Shown here piece by piece: positions 14,173 through 28,667 of a stretch of 64,000 bases of DNA. The notes under the pieces were generated by a model. It made no database searches, had not been told where the DNA came from, and saw only the letters and a program-made list of their open reading frames with translations. This DNA is from Octopus vulgaris (lineage: Eukaryota), in NCBI GenBank assembly GCA_951406725.2, contig OX597822.1, positions 64,790,001 through 64,854,000 of the forward strand, read 5' to 3'. Positions within the stretch are counted from its first letter, which is position 1. Every line of letters starts with the position of its first letter. Position numbers and translations under genes: made by a program.

Positions 14173-14681
14173 CGGTTTTGTTAATGATGACGATGAAGAT
14201 AGTAATAGCAATAGGAAAAAGAAGGAAAAGAGTGAAGCGACAAACGACAAAAATAAAAAAAAGAAAAAGAAAAAGAAAAAAGCCTGTGGAGTAGAGCAAA
14301 CTGTAAGTCAAGGAGCAGGTGTTGTAAATAAAGACATACAATGCAATATGGAAGGCAGAAAAAAACCCACATAAAGTCATGCATTACATGTAAACAGCTT
14401 CATTGTTTACGTGCGCCGACGACAGCACTCCTCTTACCCTTCCTCCACCTATTTCTTATTCCGCCTCCCTCTTCGTCCTTCGCGATGTCGTCGTCGTCGT
14501 CTCCGTCATCACGAGTGTTATCAAGATATGTCAATTGCCGTGACTAGTTTCACCGTCCTGACATCTCCAGAGGTCGATTGGCTATTGGTTTTCTGCCCAC
14601 TACACTTGTCAGCTAGTTCAATTACAGGCTCAGTTGTTGTCCCTTAGAAATTACCCCGTTTTTACACCTTCCCTTCCTCCA

Positions 14682-14712
<31 letters not shown>

Positions 14713-15006
14713 ATTAGATAGACATTAACATGGAGAAATAAGGTTGGTTTTTGTTGAGCATGCGTCGGTAAACATCTTTCAAGGAAAGAAGCCAAGAAGA
14801 ACTGGATAAAAAACCCACAAGAAAACAAATAATTTAACCGCCATAGGTATTACATATTTGCAAGGCTCGAGTAAATATGGAGTTTCTTTAAATGCATAGT
14901 TATACGAATTCATACGTACGTACATACACATATATACGCATATTTATACATAGACAGACGCGTACAACGCACGCAGACAATCACACACACGTATATACAC
15001 ATACAT

Positions 15007-15160
15007 TGGCTGTGTGGTAAGTAGCTTGCTTACGAACCACATGGTTCCGGGTTCAGTCCCACTGCGTGGCACTTTGGGCAAGTGTCTTCTACTATAGCCT
15101 CGGGCCGACCAAAGTCTTGTGAGTGGATTTGGTAGACGGAAACAGAAAGAAGCTCGTCGT
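15007..15160 (+). mobile_element. SINE family A, 5' half (3' half at 18339-18451), split by the 588-bp array
   Basis: Head TGGCTGTGTGGTAAGTAGCTTGC..GAAAGAAGCTCGTCGT then (TA)n; continuation CCCCAACATCGCTTGACAACCGAT at ~18342. Confidence 0.9.
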
Positions 15161-15163
15161 ATA

Positions 15164-15218
<55 letters not shown>

Positions 15219-15468
15219 ATTACACCAAGTAGATTTCGGCATGTAAAAGCCCCATTCGAGGAAAATTTAAGTAATACTAAGTAATTAAGGGTTTAGCAAC
15301 GAAGTGCCTCACCAACACACCGAATTTAGAAATAGCAGTCAAAGAGATATAGCTATTCCTTCTACTAAAAGGGGGGTCTCAGTAAAAACACAGCACTTGA
15401 AAGGCAAACACAGACAGGTAAGAAAGAAAGAATGAAATGACGGCAATCTATCATGCAATTTTAAGTTA

Positions 15469-15560
15469 CCTACGGACGTACGTTTCGAGATCAAGTTTTA
15501 GGATAGCATAAGAATTAGAAAATTCTACTTTACCCAAACTTCTTCTCTCATCGGCGCAGG
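15469..15560 (-). ncRNA. Type I hammerhead ribozyme (unit 1)
   Basis: CCUGCG-CCGAUGA-GAGA..long stem II..UCUC-GAAA-CGUACG-UC-CGUAGG. Confidence 0.8.
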
Positions 15561-16056
15561 ATACCACAATTATGAATAATTGTATATTAAATTTTGAGAT
15601 ACTAGAATGCATCATCTCAACTCAGTGTCAGAGCGAGCCAAAGCATGACCAGTACCACGAAATTCAAAGTTTGAATGAAAGTTTGTGTCACCAGCCCCCT
15701 TCCACCCGCGTGTAGCCAAGACAAAATGCTGCGGTCATTTACTGGGATAAAATATGGTTATCAGTAATAATAAAGGGTGAAATTAATTAATTAGGGATAA
15801 TTATCAATTACACCAAGTAGATTTCGGCATGTAAAAGCCCCATTCGAGGAAAATTTAAGTAATACTAAGTAATTAAGGGTTTAGCAACGAATTGCCTCAC
15901 CAACACACCGAATTTAGAAATAGCAGTCAAAGAGATATAGCTATTCCTTCTACTAAAAGGGGGGTCTCAGTAAAAACACAGCACTTGAAAGGCAAACACA
16001 GACAGGTAAGAAAGAAAGAATGAAATGACGGCAATCTATCATGCAATTTTAAGTTA

Positions 16057-16148
16057 CCTACGGACGTACGTTTCGAGATCAAGTTTTAGGATAGCATAAG
16101 AATTAGAAAATTCTACTTTACCCAAACTTCTTCTCTCATCGGCGCAGG
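16057..16148 (-). ncRNA. Type I hammerhead ribozyme (unit 2)
   Basis: Same motif as unit 1. Confidence 0.8.
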
Positions 16149-16643
16149 ATACCACAATTATGAATAATTGTATATTAAATTTTGAGATACTAGAATGCAT
16201 CATCTCAACTCAGTGTCAGAGCGAGCCAAAGCATGACCAGTACCACGAAATTCAAAGTTTGAATGAAAGTTTGTGTCACCAGCCCCCTTCCACCCGCGTG
16301 TAGCCAAGACAAAATGCTGCGGTCATTTACTGGGATAAAATATGGTTATCAGTAATAATAAAGGGTGAAATTAATTAATTAGGGATAATTATCAATTACA
16401 CCAAGTAGATTTCGGCATGTAAAAGCCCCATTCGAGGAAAATTTAAGTAATACTAAGTAATTAAGGGTTTAGCAACGAATTGCCTCACCAACACACCGAA
16501 TTTAGAAATAGCAGTCAAAGAGATATAGCTATTCCTTCTACTAAAAGGGGGTCTCAGTAAAAACACAGCACTTGAAAGGCAAACACAGACAGGTAAGAAA
16601 GAAAGAATGAAATGACGGCAATCTATCATGCAATTTTAAGTTA

Positions 16644-16735
16644 CCTACGGACGTACGTTTCGAGATCAAGTTTTAGGATAGCATAAGAATTAGAAAATTC
16701 TACTTTACCGAAACTTCTTCTCTCATCGGCGCAGG
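16644..16735 (-). ncRNA. Type I hammerhead ribozyme (unit 3)
   Basis: Same motif, one substitution in stem II. Confidence 0.8.
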
Positions 16736-17230
16736 ATACCACAATTATGAATAATTGTATATTAAATTTCGAGATACTAGAATGCATCATCTCAACTCAG
16801 TGTCAGAGCGAGCCAAAGCATGACCAGTACCACGAAATTCAAAGTTTGAATGAAAGTTTGTGTCACCAGCCCCCTCCCACCCGCGTGTAGCCAAGACAAA
16901 ATGCTGCGGTCATTTACTGGGATAAAATATGGTTATCAGTAATAATAAAGGGTGAAAATAATTAATTAGGGATAATTATCAATTACACCAAGTAGATTTC
17001 GGCATGTAAAAGCCCCATTCGAGGAAAATTTAAGTAATACTAAGTAATTAAGGGTTTAGCAACGAATTGCCTCACCAACACACCGAATTTAGAAATAGCA
17101 GTCAAAGAGATATAGCTATTCCTTCTACTAAAAGGGGGTCTCAGTAAAAACACAGCACTTGAAAGGCAAACACAGACAGGTAAGAAAGAAAGAATGAAAT
17201 GACGGCAATCTATCATGCAATTTTAAGTTA

Positions 17231-17322
17231 CCTACGGACGTACGTTTCGAGATCAAGTTTTAGGATAGCATAAGAATTAGAAAATTCTACTTTACCCAAA
17301 CTTCTTCTCTCATCGGCGCAGG
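17231..17322 (-). ncRNA. Type I hammerhead ribozyme (unit 4)
   Basis: Same motif as unit 1. Confidence 0.8.
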
Positions 17323-17942
17323 ATACCACAATTATGAATAATTGTATATTAAATTTTGAGATACTAGAATGCATCATCTCAACTCAGTGTCAGAGCGAGC
17401 CAAAGCATGACCAGTACCACGAAATTCAAAGTTTGAATGAAAGTTTGTGTCACCAGCCCCCTTCCACCCGCGTGTAGCCAAGACAAAATGCTGCGGTCAT
17501 TTACTGGGATAAAATATGGTTATCAGTAATAATAAATGGTGAAATTAATTAATTTGGAATAATTATCAATTACACCAAGTAGATTTCGGCATGTAAAAGC
17601 CCCATTCGAGGAAAATTTAAGTAATACTAAGTAATTAGGGGTTTAGCAACGAATTGCCTCACCAACACACCGAATTTAGAAATAGCAGTCAAAGAGATAT
17701 AGCTATTCCTTCTACTATTCCTTCACCCTTTATTATTACTGATAACCATATTTTATCCCAGTAAATGACCGCAGCATTTTGTCTTGGCTACACGCGGGTG
17801 GAAGGGGGCTGGTGACACAAACTTTCATTCAAACTTTGAATTTCGTGGTACTGGTCATGCTTTGGCTCGCTCTGACACTGAGTTGAGATGATGCATTCTA
17901 GTATTTCAAAATTTAATATACAATTATTCATAATTGTGGTAT

Positions 17943-18034
17943 CCTGCGCCGATGAGAGAAGAAGTTTGGGTAAAGTAGAATTTTCTAATTCTTATGCTAT
18001 CCTAAAACTTGATCTCGAAACGTACGTCCGTAGG
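17943..18034 (+). ncRNA. Type I hammerhead ribozyme (inverted unit)
   Basis: Stem I CCTGCG 17943-48 / CGTAGG 18029-34; core CCGATGA 17949-55; stem II GAGA/TCTC; GAAA 18017-20; stem III ACGTACGT; GUC cleavage triplet ending 18028. Confidence 0.8.
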
Positions 18035-18228
18035 TAACTTAAAATTGCATGATAGATTGCCGTCATTTCATTCTTTCTTTCTTACCTGTCTGTGTTTGCC
18101 TTTCAAGTGCTGTGTTTTTACTGAGACCCCCTTTTAGTAGAAGGAATAGCTATATCTCTTTGACTGCTATTTCTAAATTCGGTGTTGGTGAGGCAATTCG
18201 TTGCTAAACCCTTAATTACTTAGTATTA

Positions 18229-18328
<100 letters not shown>

Positions 18329-18466
18329 GTGTGTATATGTCCCCCAACATCGCTTGACAACCGATACTGGCGTATTTACGTCCCCGTAACTTAGCGGTTC
18401 AGCAAAAGAGACCAATAGAATAAGTACTAGGCTTACAAAGAATAAATCCTGTATGTATGCATGCAT

Positions 18467-18845
18467 ACTCTTTTACTTGATTCAGTCATGTGACTGTGGC
18501 CATGCTGGAGCACCGCCTTTAGTCGAGCAAATCGACCCCAGGACTTATTCTTTGTAAGCCTAGTACTTAGTCTATCGGTCTTTTTTGCCGAACCGTTAAG
18601 TTACGGGGACGTAAACACACTCGTATTGGATGTCAAGCGATGTTAGGGGACAAACACAGACACACACACACACACAGACACTCACACATATATACAATAT
18701 CCGATGGATTTTTACCAGTTTCAATCTACCAAATCCGCTCAAGGCTTTGCTCGGCTCGAGGCTATAGTAGAAGGCACTTGTCTTCTGAACCCTGAACCAT
18801 GTGGTTGGTAAGCAAGCTACTTACCACACAGCCACTGCTGTGCCA
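18467..18845 (-). mobile_element. SINE family A
   Basis: Reverse complement of the family A head and tail. Confidence 0.85.
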
Positions 18846-18858
18846 ATATGTATATATA

Positions 18859-18914
<56 letters not shown>

Positions 18915-19167
18915 GCCTCTGTGTGTGTGTGTAAACAAAACATAAAAGAATCAGTTTGAATATGTGATTTTATCTTATCTAAACAATATCGTCACATCTT
19001 GTTTTAGAACATGTGCACCTGGAAGGTGATTATAAACAGAGAGGTAACGAATGATACTTGCTTGGTGTTATGGTTTTATTTTTAATAAAAAAAAATTAAG
19101 AATTAAACACAACGTCTGAGACAAAAGTAAAAGTTACTTTCTTCAACTACATGTTTATTTGAATCAG

Positions 19168-19246
<79 letters not shown>

Positions 19247-19653
19247 GCACACACACATGCACACAGAGCAACGGGGGCACATACGCACATATTGTAACTT
19301 ATGTGCATATGTATATTATAATTTATACAGCGCTTTATAATCGGTCGTAGCTGTTCCTTATGATGTATTATTATAAATATTGCCGAATTATCAACACCCG
19401 GTTAAGATTATTGTTTCTATACGAGATGTAAGTCATTGTATATTTTGAGAACAGAACATCAATCGCTCCATTTTGCTTTGCTTTGTAGATGGCCACTATT
19501 GGCATTTCTTACTTCCAGTGACTTCATGGTAGACCGGGAAGAAAAAAATGAAAATTTATTATTTATTGTTAACGCTGAATCCTTGCACAACACATGTATA
19601 CACATACACATACAATACCGAGGATGTATACATATATGCATACACTTGTTATG

Positions 19654-19710
<57 letters not shown>

Positions 19711-19714
<4 letters not shown>

Positions 19715-19962
19715 ACCGACCAGGCTATCAAATGTTACTACACATCGCTGGTCACAATGCGAGTCGCATTGTTTTAGCCTTCAAATGACGCCACCCCGCT
19801 GGCTAAGCAAGCAGGCCAACAGAAGAAAGAGTGAGAGAAATTTGCCGCGAAAGAGTACAGGTGTTTTCGCTCAATAAATACTCACAACGTCTGGTCTGGG
19901 AATCGCAACCGCGATCCTACGATCGCGAGTCCGCTGCCCAATCCACTGGGCCATTGCACCTC
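19711..19962 (-). mobile_element. tRNA-Arg-like SINE family C variant
   Basis: Reverse complement of GCAATGGCCCAGTGG..GGACTCGCGATCGTAGGATCGCGGTTGCGATTCCC. Confidence 0.75.
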
Positions 19963-20017
<55 letters not shown>

Positions 20018-20419
20018 CAAAATACACAGTTATATCTTGAGATTGCTAGTAATAACAATACTCAAAATATAGTACAGACTGGAGTGCTCCAAATGAGCTA
20101 TATTCCACTTGTTAATTTGAGCGGGGGCAATGCGAGCAGGATCAAAAGGTACATTACTAAAATTCATACTCAAAGATCAAATGCATACATATATTCATAT
20201 ATTCATTTATATCTACAGAACGGATATAAAATTCGACATATATAAATATAATAATATATATAAATAGATAAAAATCATATAATATATAGATATATAAGAA
20301 TCGGTGTTACATACAAAACACAGTGAATATACGCTTAATGTAATAAAACATAAGTAAATTAAAAATTTGGGATAATAAATCATAAAAGGACATATTAAAA
20401 TGACGTATTAAAATTCATG

Positions 20420-20481
<62 letters not shown>

Positions 20482-20607
20482 CAGCTCCGGTGAAATCTTA
20501 CTGATTCGTATTCTTATTGCCCTTTTTCCACGATAACTTCGTAATAACATCCATCTTTCTGTTTTCAGTATTTGCGTGGCGTTCTATATATATATATATA
20601 TACTACG

Positions 20608-20645
20608 CTGCAATGATAAAGGGCAACCCTGAAACATGTCTACAG
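20608..20645 (+). ncRNA. Degenerate type I hammerhead motif
   Basis: CUGCA-AUGAUAA-AGGG caa CCCU-GAAA-CAUG-UC-UACAG; two core mismatches; palindromic ACAUGU. Confidence 0.5.
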
Positions 20646-20790
20646 ACTAGCAAGGTGAAGCGGCTGACCTCCCCTGTTCGAAGGTTGTAATGGACGCATG
20701 TTCGTGTGTCATATAGCAAGCTAGAGACGATGGCCTCTTGGAGCTAATCAGCGACAGCTTTGGAGCTAATCTTGGAGCTAATCAGCGACA

Positions 20791-22472
20791 GCTTTAGTCT
20801 TATATTTATAGACTGCCATATTAGTATGGCGATAACTATTAATTTCCAGTAACGCTGCCGTAATCTCCTAGGTAAATAAAGCGTTATTGTTGAATCACGG
20901 TTGTGAAATCGAATTCGTTGGTGGAAGCGGTTGCGGCGTTGGGAATTGTTTTCTCAAAAATGCAAACCCAAACGTATGCAGGGGCGGCAGGCAAGGGCCT
21001 AGCTGCGAGCGAACTACAGTTGGAAGAAGTTACAGTCGAGAAGGAGATTTTGAAGAATTATTTAGACAGCTTGAAGAGAGAAGGTGACTGTTTGAGGATC
21101 ACACCACCTGAAGAAGAAGCGAAAGACGCAGAAAAACGTATTATAACATACAGAACGTGGAACGTGGCTTCAAAGAAAGTAGAAGTTGCACCGATAGATG
21201 AAATTGAGCGCTGTCTGAATGGAGTTGAAGGAGAACCTATCTTCTATAATAGAGGTAGAAAATACGCAACAGTGGTCGTTCATTTTAAAAACGAAGACGA
21301 AGCGAAGAAGAACGCCACGCAAATACTGAAAACAGAAAGATGGATGTTATTACCAAGTTATCGTGGAAAAAGGGCAATAAGAATACGAATCAGTAAGATT
21401 TCACCGGAGCTGAACATGGGAAGAGTCTTAGCGGCAGTGGTATTCAACTGCAAAGAAAGCGTTGAAATATTGAAAGTAGAAAAATCGAAAGATGTACAGT
21501 GGTGGGGTTATGCAGTGCAGGCTTTGGTTCATATAATCATACCAGACCTGTATAACATCCCAGAGGAGTTGATGTTCCCCGACGAGACTCGACTCAGTCG
21601 TGGTGGAGGGGAGACCACCAGTGTGCTACAAGTGTAAAATTAGAGGCCACATGAAAGATGTGTGTCCGACGAGAGCATTGGAAGCTCGGACAGAGATATT
21701 GCAAATGGTGGATGAAAATGTGTAAACACAGAAAATGTGGAAAGTGGTAACGAGTTGGAGAAAGAAATGGAAAAAACAGAAGGAAAAGAAGATAGAAAGA
21801 GAGCGAGGGTGGAATCACCACCAAAAGTTCAAAAAAATAAAAAGGCGAAAAATAAGACTACAGACGAGATGGAAGATCGAACGTGCGAAGATAAGAATAC
21901 AAAAGCGAAAGCGAGAGAACCGGCAAATTTAACGGCAGACCAAGAATGTGGAAGAAGAGTGGAAGAGAAGTCAAAAGTATGTAAGGAAAGAAGGCCCGAA
22001 GGAAAAAATCTTAAGGTAGTAATATTGTATATGAAAGACAAAGAAATCGAAAAAAGACTGGCAGGTAAGAAAGGTTTAATCAGGGTTAGGCTGAACCCAA
22101 AAATATTTGATGACCAAGTGAAATCGGCGGTTGTAGAGAAAGAGACATTTATGAAATTGAAAAGTGTGTTTTCGACTGTTTGTGAAATGCAATATATCCG
22201 TTACGACAGTTTGCCAGCGATTGTAGACCAGGAGAAGTTAATAGAATACATTACAGATGAACGCCCAGTATAGCAGAACTGTATTTTAAATGAAACTACG
22301 AGTTTATTTTTTTTTGGGGGGGGGGGGGGACTCGTAAGCCATTCCATTTAATTCATTACAAATAATTCATTTTCATATCATATTTTTCGATTTTTAAAAA
22401 TTTATGTACCCCACATCCTGTTTTGTAATGTCCCCTCTTAATTCGGGCCATCGTGCCTATAATAAAGATAAT
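20791..22472 (+). mobile_element. ORF1(gag)-only Tx1/L1-like non-autonomous retroelement
   Basis: Disrupted gag-like ORF followed directly by a T-rich UTR ending AATAAAGA; AGCGACA on both sides (20784-90, 22473-79); no EN/RT. Confidence 0.6.
20960..22273 (+). pseudogene. Gag-like ORF1 protein with CCHC zinc knuckle; two frame disruptions
   Basis: Shift near 21595 into VVVEGRPPVCYKCKIRGHMKDVCP (CX2CX4HX4C, 21624-21665); stop at 21723; reading resumes in the 21737-22273 ORF with a charged linker. Confidence 0.75.
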
Positions 22473-22519
22473 AGCGACACCCAGGTGTAAATTTTAACAT
22501 CTAGAGTATATGGATTGTT

Positions 22520-22880
22520 AATCACCCCACAGAATTTCTTAACTTCCTAGATCCACCCGGATTGCTACCACACTTATCGCACCTCAGGAATATGGAACGC
22601 GTCTGGTCGTCCAAAAGGTAATCCCTCATCTTACTGAAGCAACAATACTTGCAGGATATGGTAAGAGGGATACTGTCTTCATACCAAGGGTACCTCTCAC
22701 TCCATCCAGTAAAGACATTCCTTTTATATTCAGATGGCTGCAATTCCCTCTTCGGCTCAGTTTCTCCATGCCGATTAACAAATCACAGGGTCACACGCTG
22801 ACGGTCATAGGGCTTAATTTAGAAGAGCCGTGCTTCTCCTATGTTCGAGTGGGTAACCGGCATAACCTGTTTATACCCGG
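22520..22880 (+). pseudogene. Helitron RepHel PIF1-helicase C-terminal fragment
   Basis: PTEFLNFLDPPGL.PH...VFIPR...QFPLRLSFSMPINKSQGHTL..IGLNLEEPCFS..RV. Confidence 0.85.
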
Positions 22881-22900
22881 AACAATCAAGGGGACCCCAG

Positions 22901-23281
22901 GTAGTAGCAGTAGGAGAATCAGTAGTATCAGTAGCAACAGCCATAGCAGTGATAGTAGTCGTGGTAGTAGTATTAGTAGCAGCAGTAGTAGCTGTAGTAA
23001 TAGTAGCAGCAGCAGTAGTAACTGTATTAATAGTAGTAGTAGTAGTAGTAGTAGTAGTAGCAACAGCAGCAATAGTAGTAGTAGTAGTAGTAGTAGTTGT
23101 TGTTGTAGTAGTAGTAATAGTAGTAGTAGTAGAATTAGTAGTAGTAGTTGTAGTAGTAGTAATAGTAGTAGTAGTAGAATTAATAGTAGTAGTTGTAGTA
23201 GTAGTAATAGTAGTAGTAGTAGAATTAGTAGTAGTAGTAGTAGTAATAGTAGTAGTAGTAGAATTAGTAGTAGTAGTAGTG

Positions 23282-23330
<49 letters not shown>

Positions 23331-23332
23331 TG

Positions 23333-23377
<45 letters not shown>

Positions 23378-23869
23378 ATAGAATTAGTAGTAGTAGTAGT
23401 AGTAGTAGTGGTGGCGATGGTGGTGACAGGCGCATTTATCGGTAAGGCAATTCTTGTTGCTATTGTTATTGCTCTTGTCTTTTGGTCGTTTTATTGCCCT
23501 GTTGCCCTGCAAAGGATAGTGATGTTGCCAGGTTTCCTGCATATTGGGGGTGAGATTATCTTGTCAGAGTGGCGGAATTATATGTAACGCCATATTACTT
23601 AATCTCTCTTTTAACATTTGTTTGGCAACCATTCTCACGCTTCAAATACAAATGACGCGAGACACAATGGCGAAGGGGGAAAAAAAAACCAAAGAAAAAA
23701 AAAACAAAACGTAGGATACGACGAACGATGTGACGGCGATAATATAATAAGAACGATAAGGGCAAAAAAACAAAAATAAAAACAAACAAAAGACAACAGC
23801 AACAGCAAAAAACTAAAAAAAAAAACAAAAGAAAACGAAAAAGATTATGAAGAAGATGGCTGCTGCTGT

Positions 23870-23915
<46 letters not shown>

Positions 23916-24012
23916 GCTGCTGCTGCCGCTGCTGCTGCTACTACTACTACTACCACTACTACTTCTACAACTACTGCTACTACTACTTCTACTACTGCTG
24001 CTGCTGCTGTTG

Positions 24013-24053
<41 letters not shown>

Positions 24054-24090
24054 GCTACTACTACTGCTACTACTACTTCTACTACTGTTG

Positions 24091-24121
<31 letters not shown>

Positions 24122-24600
24122 CATTACTGCCGTTGCTGCTACTACTCCTCCTCCTACTCTTACTACAACTACTACAATGATGGCGATGATGATAATAATG
24201 GTGGTGATGATGATGATGATGTTGGTAGTGGTGGATGTGGTGGTAGTGATTGTGATGATGACGACAACGACGACGACGACTACAACGGCGATAATGATGA
24301 CGGGGATAATGATTTTGTTGGATGTTGTATTGGTGACGATGACGACGCCGACGACGACCATGATAATGAGGGTAATGATGATGATGATGATGATGAGGAG
24401 GAGGAGGAGGAGGACGACGACGACGACGATGATGACGACGACAATGGCGACGATGATGATGATGACGATTACGATGATGATGATTACGATCATTACGATG
24501 ATGATGATGATGATGATGATGATGAAATTAATAAGGGCCGATAACAGTGAAAGGTGATGTTAGTTGTTTTTGGTTGTTGTTGTTGTTGTTGTTGTTGGTG
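22901..24600. repeat. Trinucleotide tracts (AGT)n, (ACT/GCT)n, (GAT/GAC)n
   Basis: Direct reading. Confidence 0.9.
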
Positions 24601-24988
24601 GTGGTTGTGTTTTGTGGTGTTTGCGGTGTTGGTTTAGGTGGTTATCGCGGTGATGAATGAGATATATTGTCGGGGTACCGCGATAACTAAATAAACAGAT
24701 AGAATGACAAAAACATAATAAAGCAGAAACAAATGTGAGCAGAAAGGAATTAGATTTGTATTCTGGTGGATAAAGACCTACGTATAAATGCATACATATA
24801 TTAATATATACAGATATGTATTCATTCTTTTATTTTTTTTTTACTTGTTTTAGTTATTTGACTGCGGCCATGCTGGGGCACCACGTTGATGGGTTTAGTC
24901 GATGGAATCGCCCTGCTCCAGAACTTTTGTACTTTTTCGTGCTATCGATTTCTTTTGGCATATATATATATATATGTATGCGTGTGTG

Positions 24989-25457
<469 letters not shown>

Positions 25458-25464
25458 GTATATG

Positions 25465-25516
<52 letters not shown>

Positions 25517-25602
25517 AAAAAGGAAGGGGATATAGATTAGATAGAGAGAGGAAGAGAGACGGAAAAGAGAGGAGGAGAGATAGAGATAGATATATAGGTG
25601 GC

Positions 25603-25637
<35 letters not shown>

Positions 25638-25640
25638 CGA

Positions 25641-25675
<35 letters not shown>

Positions 25676-25731
25676 AGAGAGTACTGTTTCTACTTCGCAG
25701 ATTTTCACCTGTCGCGGGGATTGTGTGTCTG

Positions 25732-25814
<83 letters not shown>

Positions 25815-26760
25815 GACGAGGAGTACCTGACCCGCCTGTTCAGGACGACTTTCGGGCCAGGGCCCATGGACAACTTCCAGAGATCCCTGGCCTGGCAGTG
25901 CTACCGAGAAGCGCTACCCGTTCGGGATAAGCTCTACAGACACGGCTCGAGAAACACGGGGCCGACCTGCCCGAGATGCGGTCAGAGCGACGAAACCGTT
26001 CTGCACGCACTCGTTCAGTGTCCAACAATTTCCGACCTGTGGGCTTATGTCGAACAACTGCTGTCACGTGTGGGACGAGTCGGTTTATCAGCTGAGTCTA
26101 TCGTCAATATTGTCACGCCTCCTTCCTTCAAACGGGAAGGAAGAGCTATTTTCATCATCCTTGTGGCTATGGCGAAAGAATGTATCTGGTGGACGCGTCT
26201 GAAAGGATTGGAGACAAACACTTTCCTCTCTGGTCAATCTCTCATCAACTTCTTCAAGTACCACTTGAAAAGGAAAGTGAGAGTAGAGAGGCAAGTTTTG
26301 TCTAGCGAATGTTTTAAAAAAAGATGGGTGAATGTAGCAAGAATGGCACGTATGAATGACGAAGCCACCTTGAGCATAGTCCTATGAACCCAGAAATCGA
26401 AAACAGAGAGTTGCTTATTTGCAAAAAAAAAAAAAAAGAAATATAAAATGTGACATCATTGACCGAGGTTACCGTGGTCTTTTCCGTAGGCTTTTCTTTG
26501 CACGGGTAAACCTCACCTGTCCTCCCCTTTACACTTCATATTGACATTTCTGTGATAACGATCCCTATTGATCAATTTTTTTCCTCCCCCCTTTTTTTTA
26601 AACCCCCTTTTTTTGTCCTCTTTCTCTCCTTTTACGATCCCTTTTGATCGAAACTCCCCCTTCCTTTTTTTTTTTTTTTTTTCTTAAACCTTCAAAAGAA
26701 AAGCTCTACCTTGTAATTTGTTCTATCTGTGTGCAGCCCTGTGTGGCTAATAAAGAAACA
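25815..26760 (+). mobile_element. 5'-truncated Tx1-clade LINE: ORF2 C-terminus plus 3' UTR, inserted in (ATCT)n
   Basis: LAWQCYREALPVRDKLYRHG..CPRCGQSDETVLHALVQC (zf-RVT-like); stop at 26387; UTR ends AATAAAGAAACA then (ATCT)n. Confidence 0.85.
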
Positions 26761-26840
<80 letters not shown>

Positions 26841-26854
26841 CGTCAGTCTGTCTG

Positions 26855-26936
<82 letters not shown>

Positions 26937-26962
26937 CGTCTATCTATCTATCTATCTATCCG

Positions 26963-27593
<631 letters not shown>

Positions 27594-27789
27594 CGTCTAT
27601 CTATCTATCAATTCGCACCATTAGAATTAAATCTGATGTTGCTGGACAACTGGACAACTGAAACAAATGTCCTATTTGTTAGAAAACGCTGAATATATTT
27701 GATATGACTTATTTGTTACAAAACTGAGTTCCTTTTAATATATGTATGTATGTACATATATTTATAGACATAACCATATCCATCCATAC

Positions 27790-27838
<49 letters not shown>

Positions 27839-28363
27839 TATGTGTGTATGTCTCCACTTGCAAATTACATACATTGTCTTCTGATTTCCTGAAAGTTGAA
27901 TGACAAACGGTGTTAGTTGAGCAATAAAGACTTAGAACTGTCAGATGATCGTCACCCTATCGTGATCATGCCACGATGATGATCACGATGATGATAACGA
28001 CGAAGATGATGATGACGATGAGGACAACGACGAAGATGATGATGATGATGATGATGATGACAATGACGATGATGATTATGATGATGATCGCGATGATGCC
28101 AATGACGATGATGATTATGATGATGATGATGATGACTTCATCATCATCATTATCATCATCTTAATCATTATTGGCCAAACAACGAGCCTGTAAAGCACGA
28201 GAAAAGCTAGACTGTGCGTGTGAGAGAGAAAGCGATAGAAAGAGTAAGCGCGGTTGAGATTGACAAGATGATTTCGTGTTTGCATCGACTTCCTGTCTTT
28301 AACATTTGCCCGCCGAATAAATCACAATGATAATGATGACGACGACGACGATGATGATGATGT

Positions 28364-28410
<47 letters not shown>

Positions 28411-28411
28411 T

Positions 28412-28495
<84 letters not shown>

Positions 28496-28667
28496 GGATG
28501 ATGATAAAGTGATGATCGTAATCATCGTATCATCGCAGCCTCCATAAGCGCCATCGTAGTGGTGGTGGTGGTGGTGGTGGATTAGTCTTCGACCATCGTT
28601 ATTGCCGTCATCGCCATAATCATCATCACCGTACATCACGGGGATCGATGTAATCGATTAATCCCCT

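Noticed and set aside
15217-17717. Array as CRISPR-like or protein-coding repeat
   Set aside because: Units are near-identical with no variable spacers, and the ORF track shows no ORF there
22901-24175. (AGT)n and (ACT)n tracts as a functional large inverted repeat
   Set aside because: Complementarity is only that of simple repeats, which are abundant here
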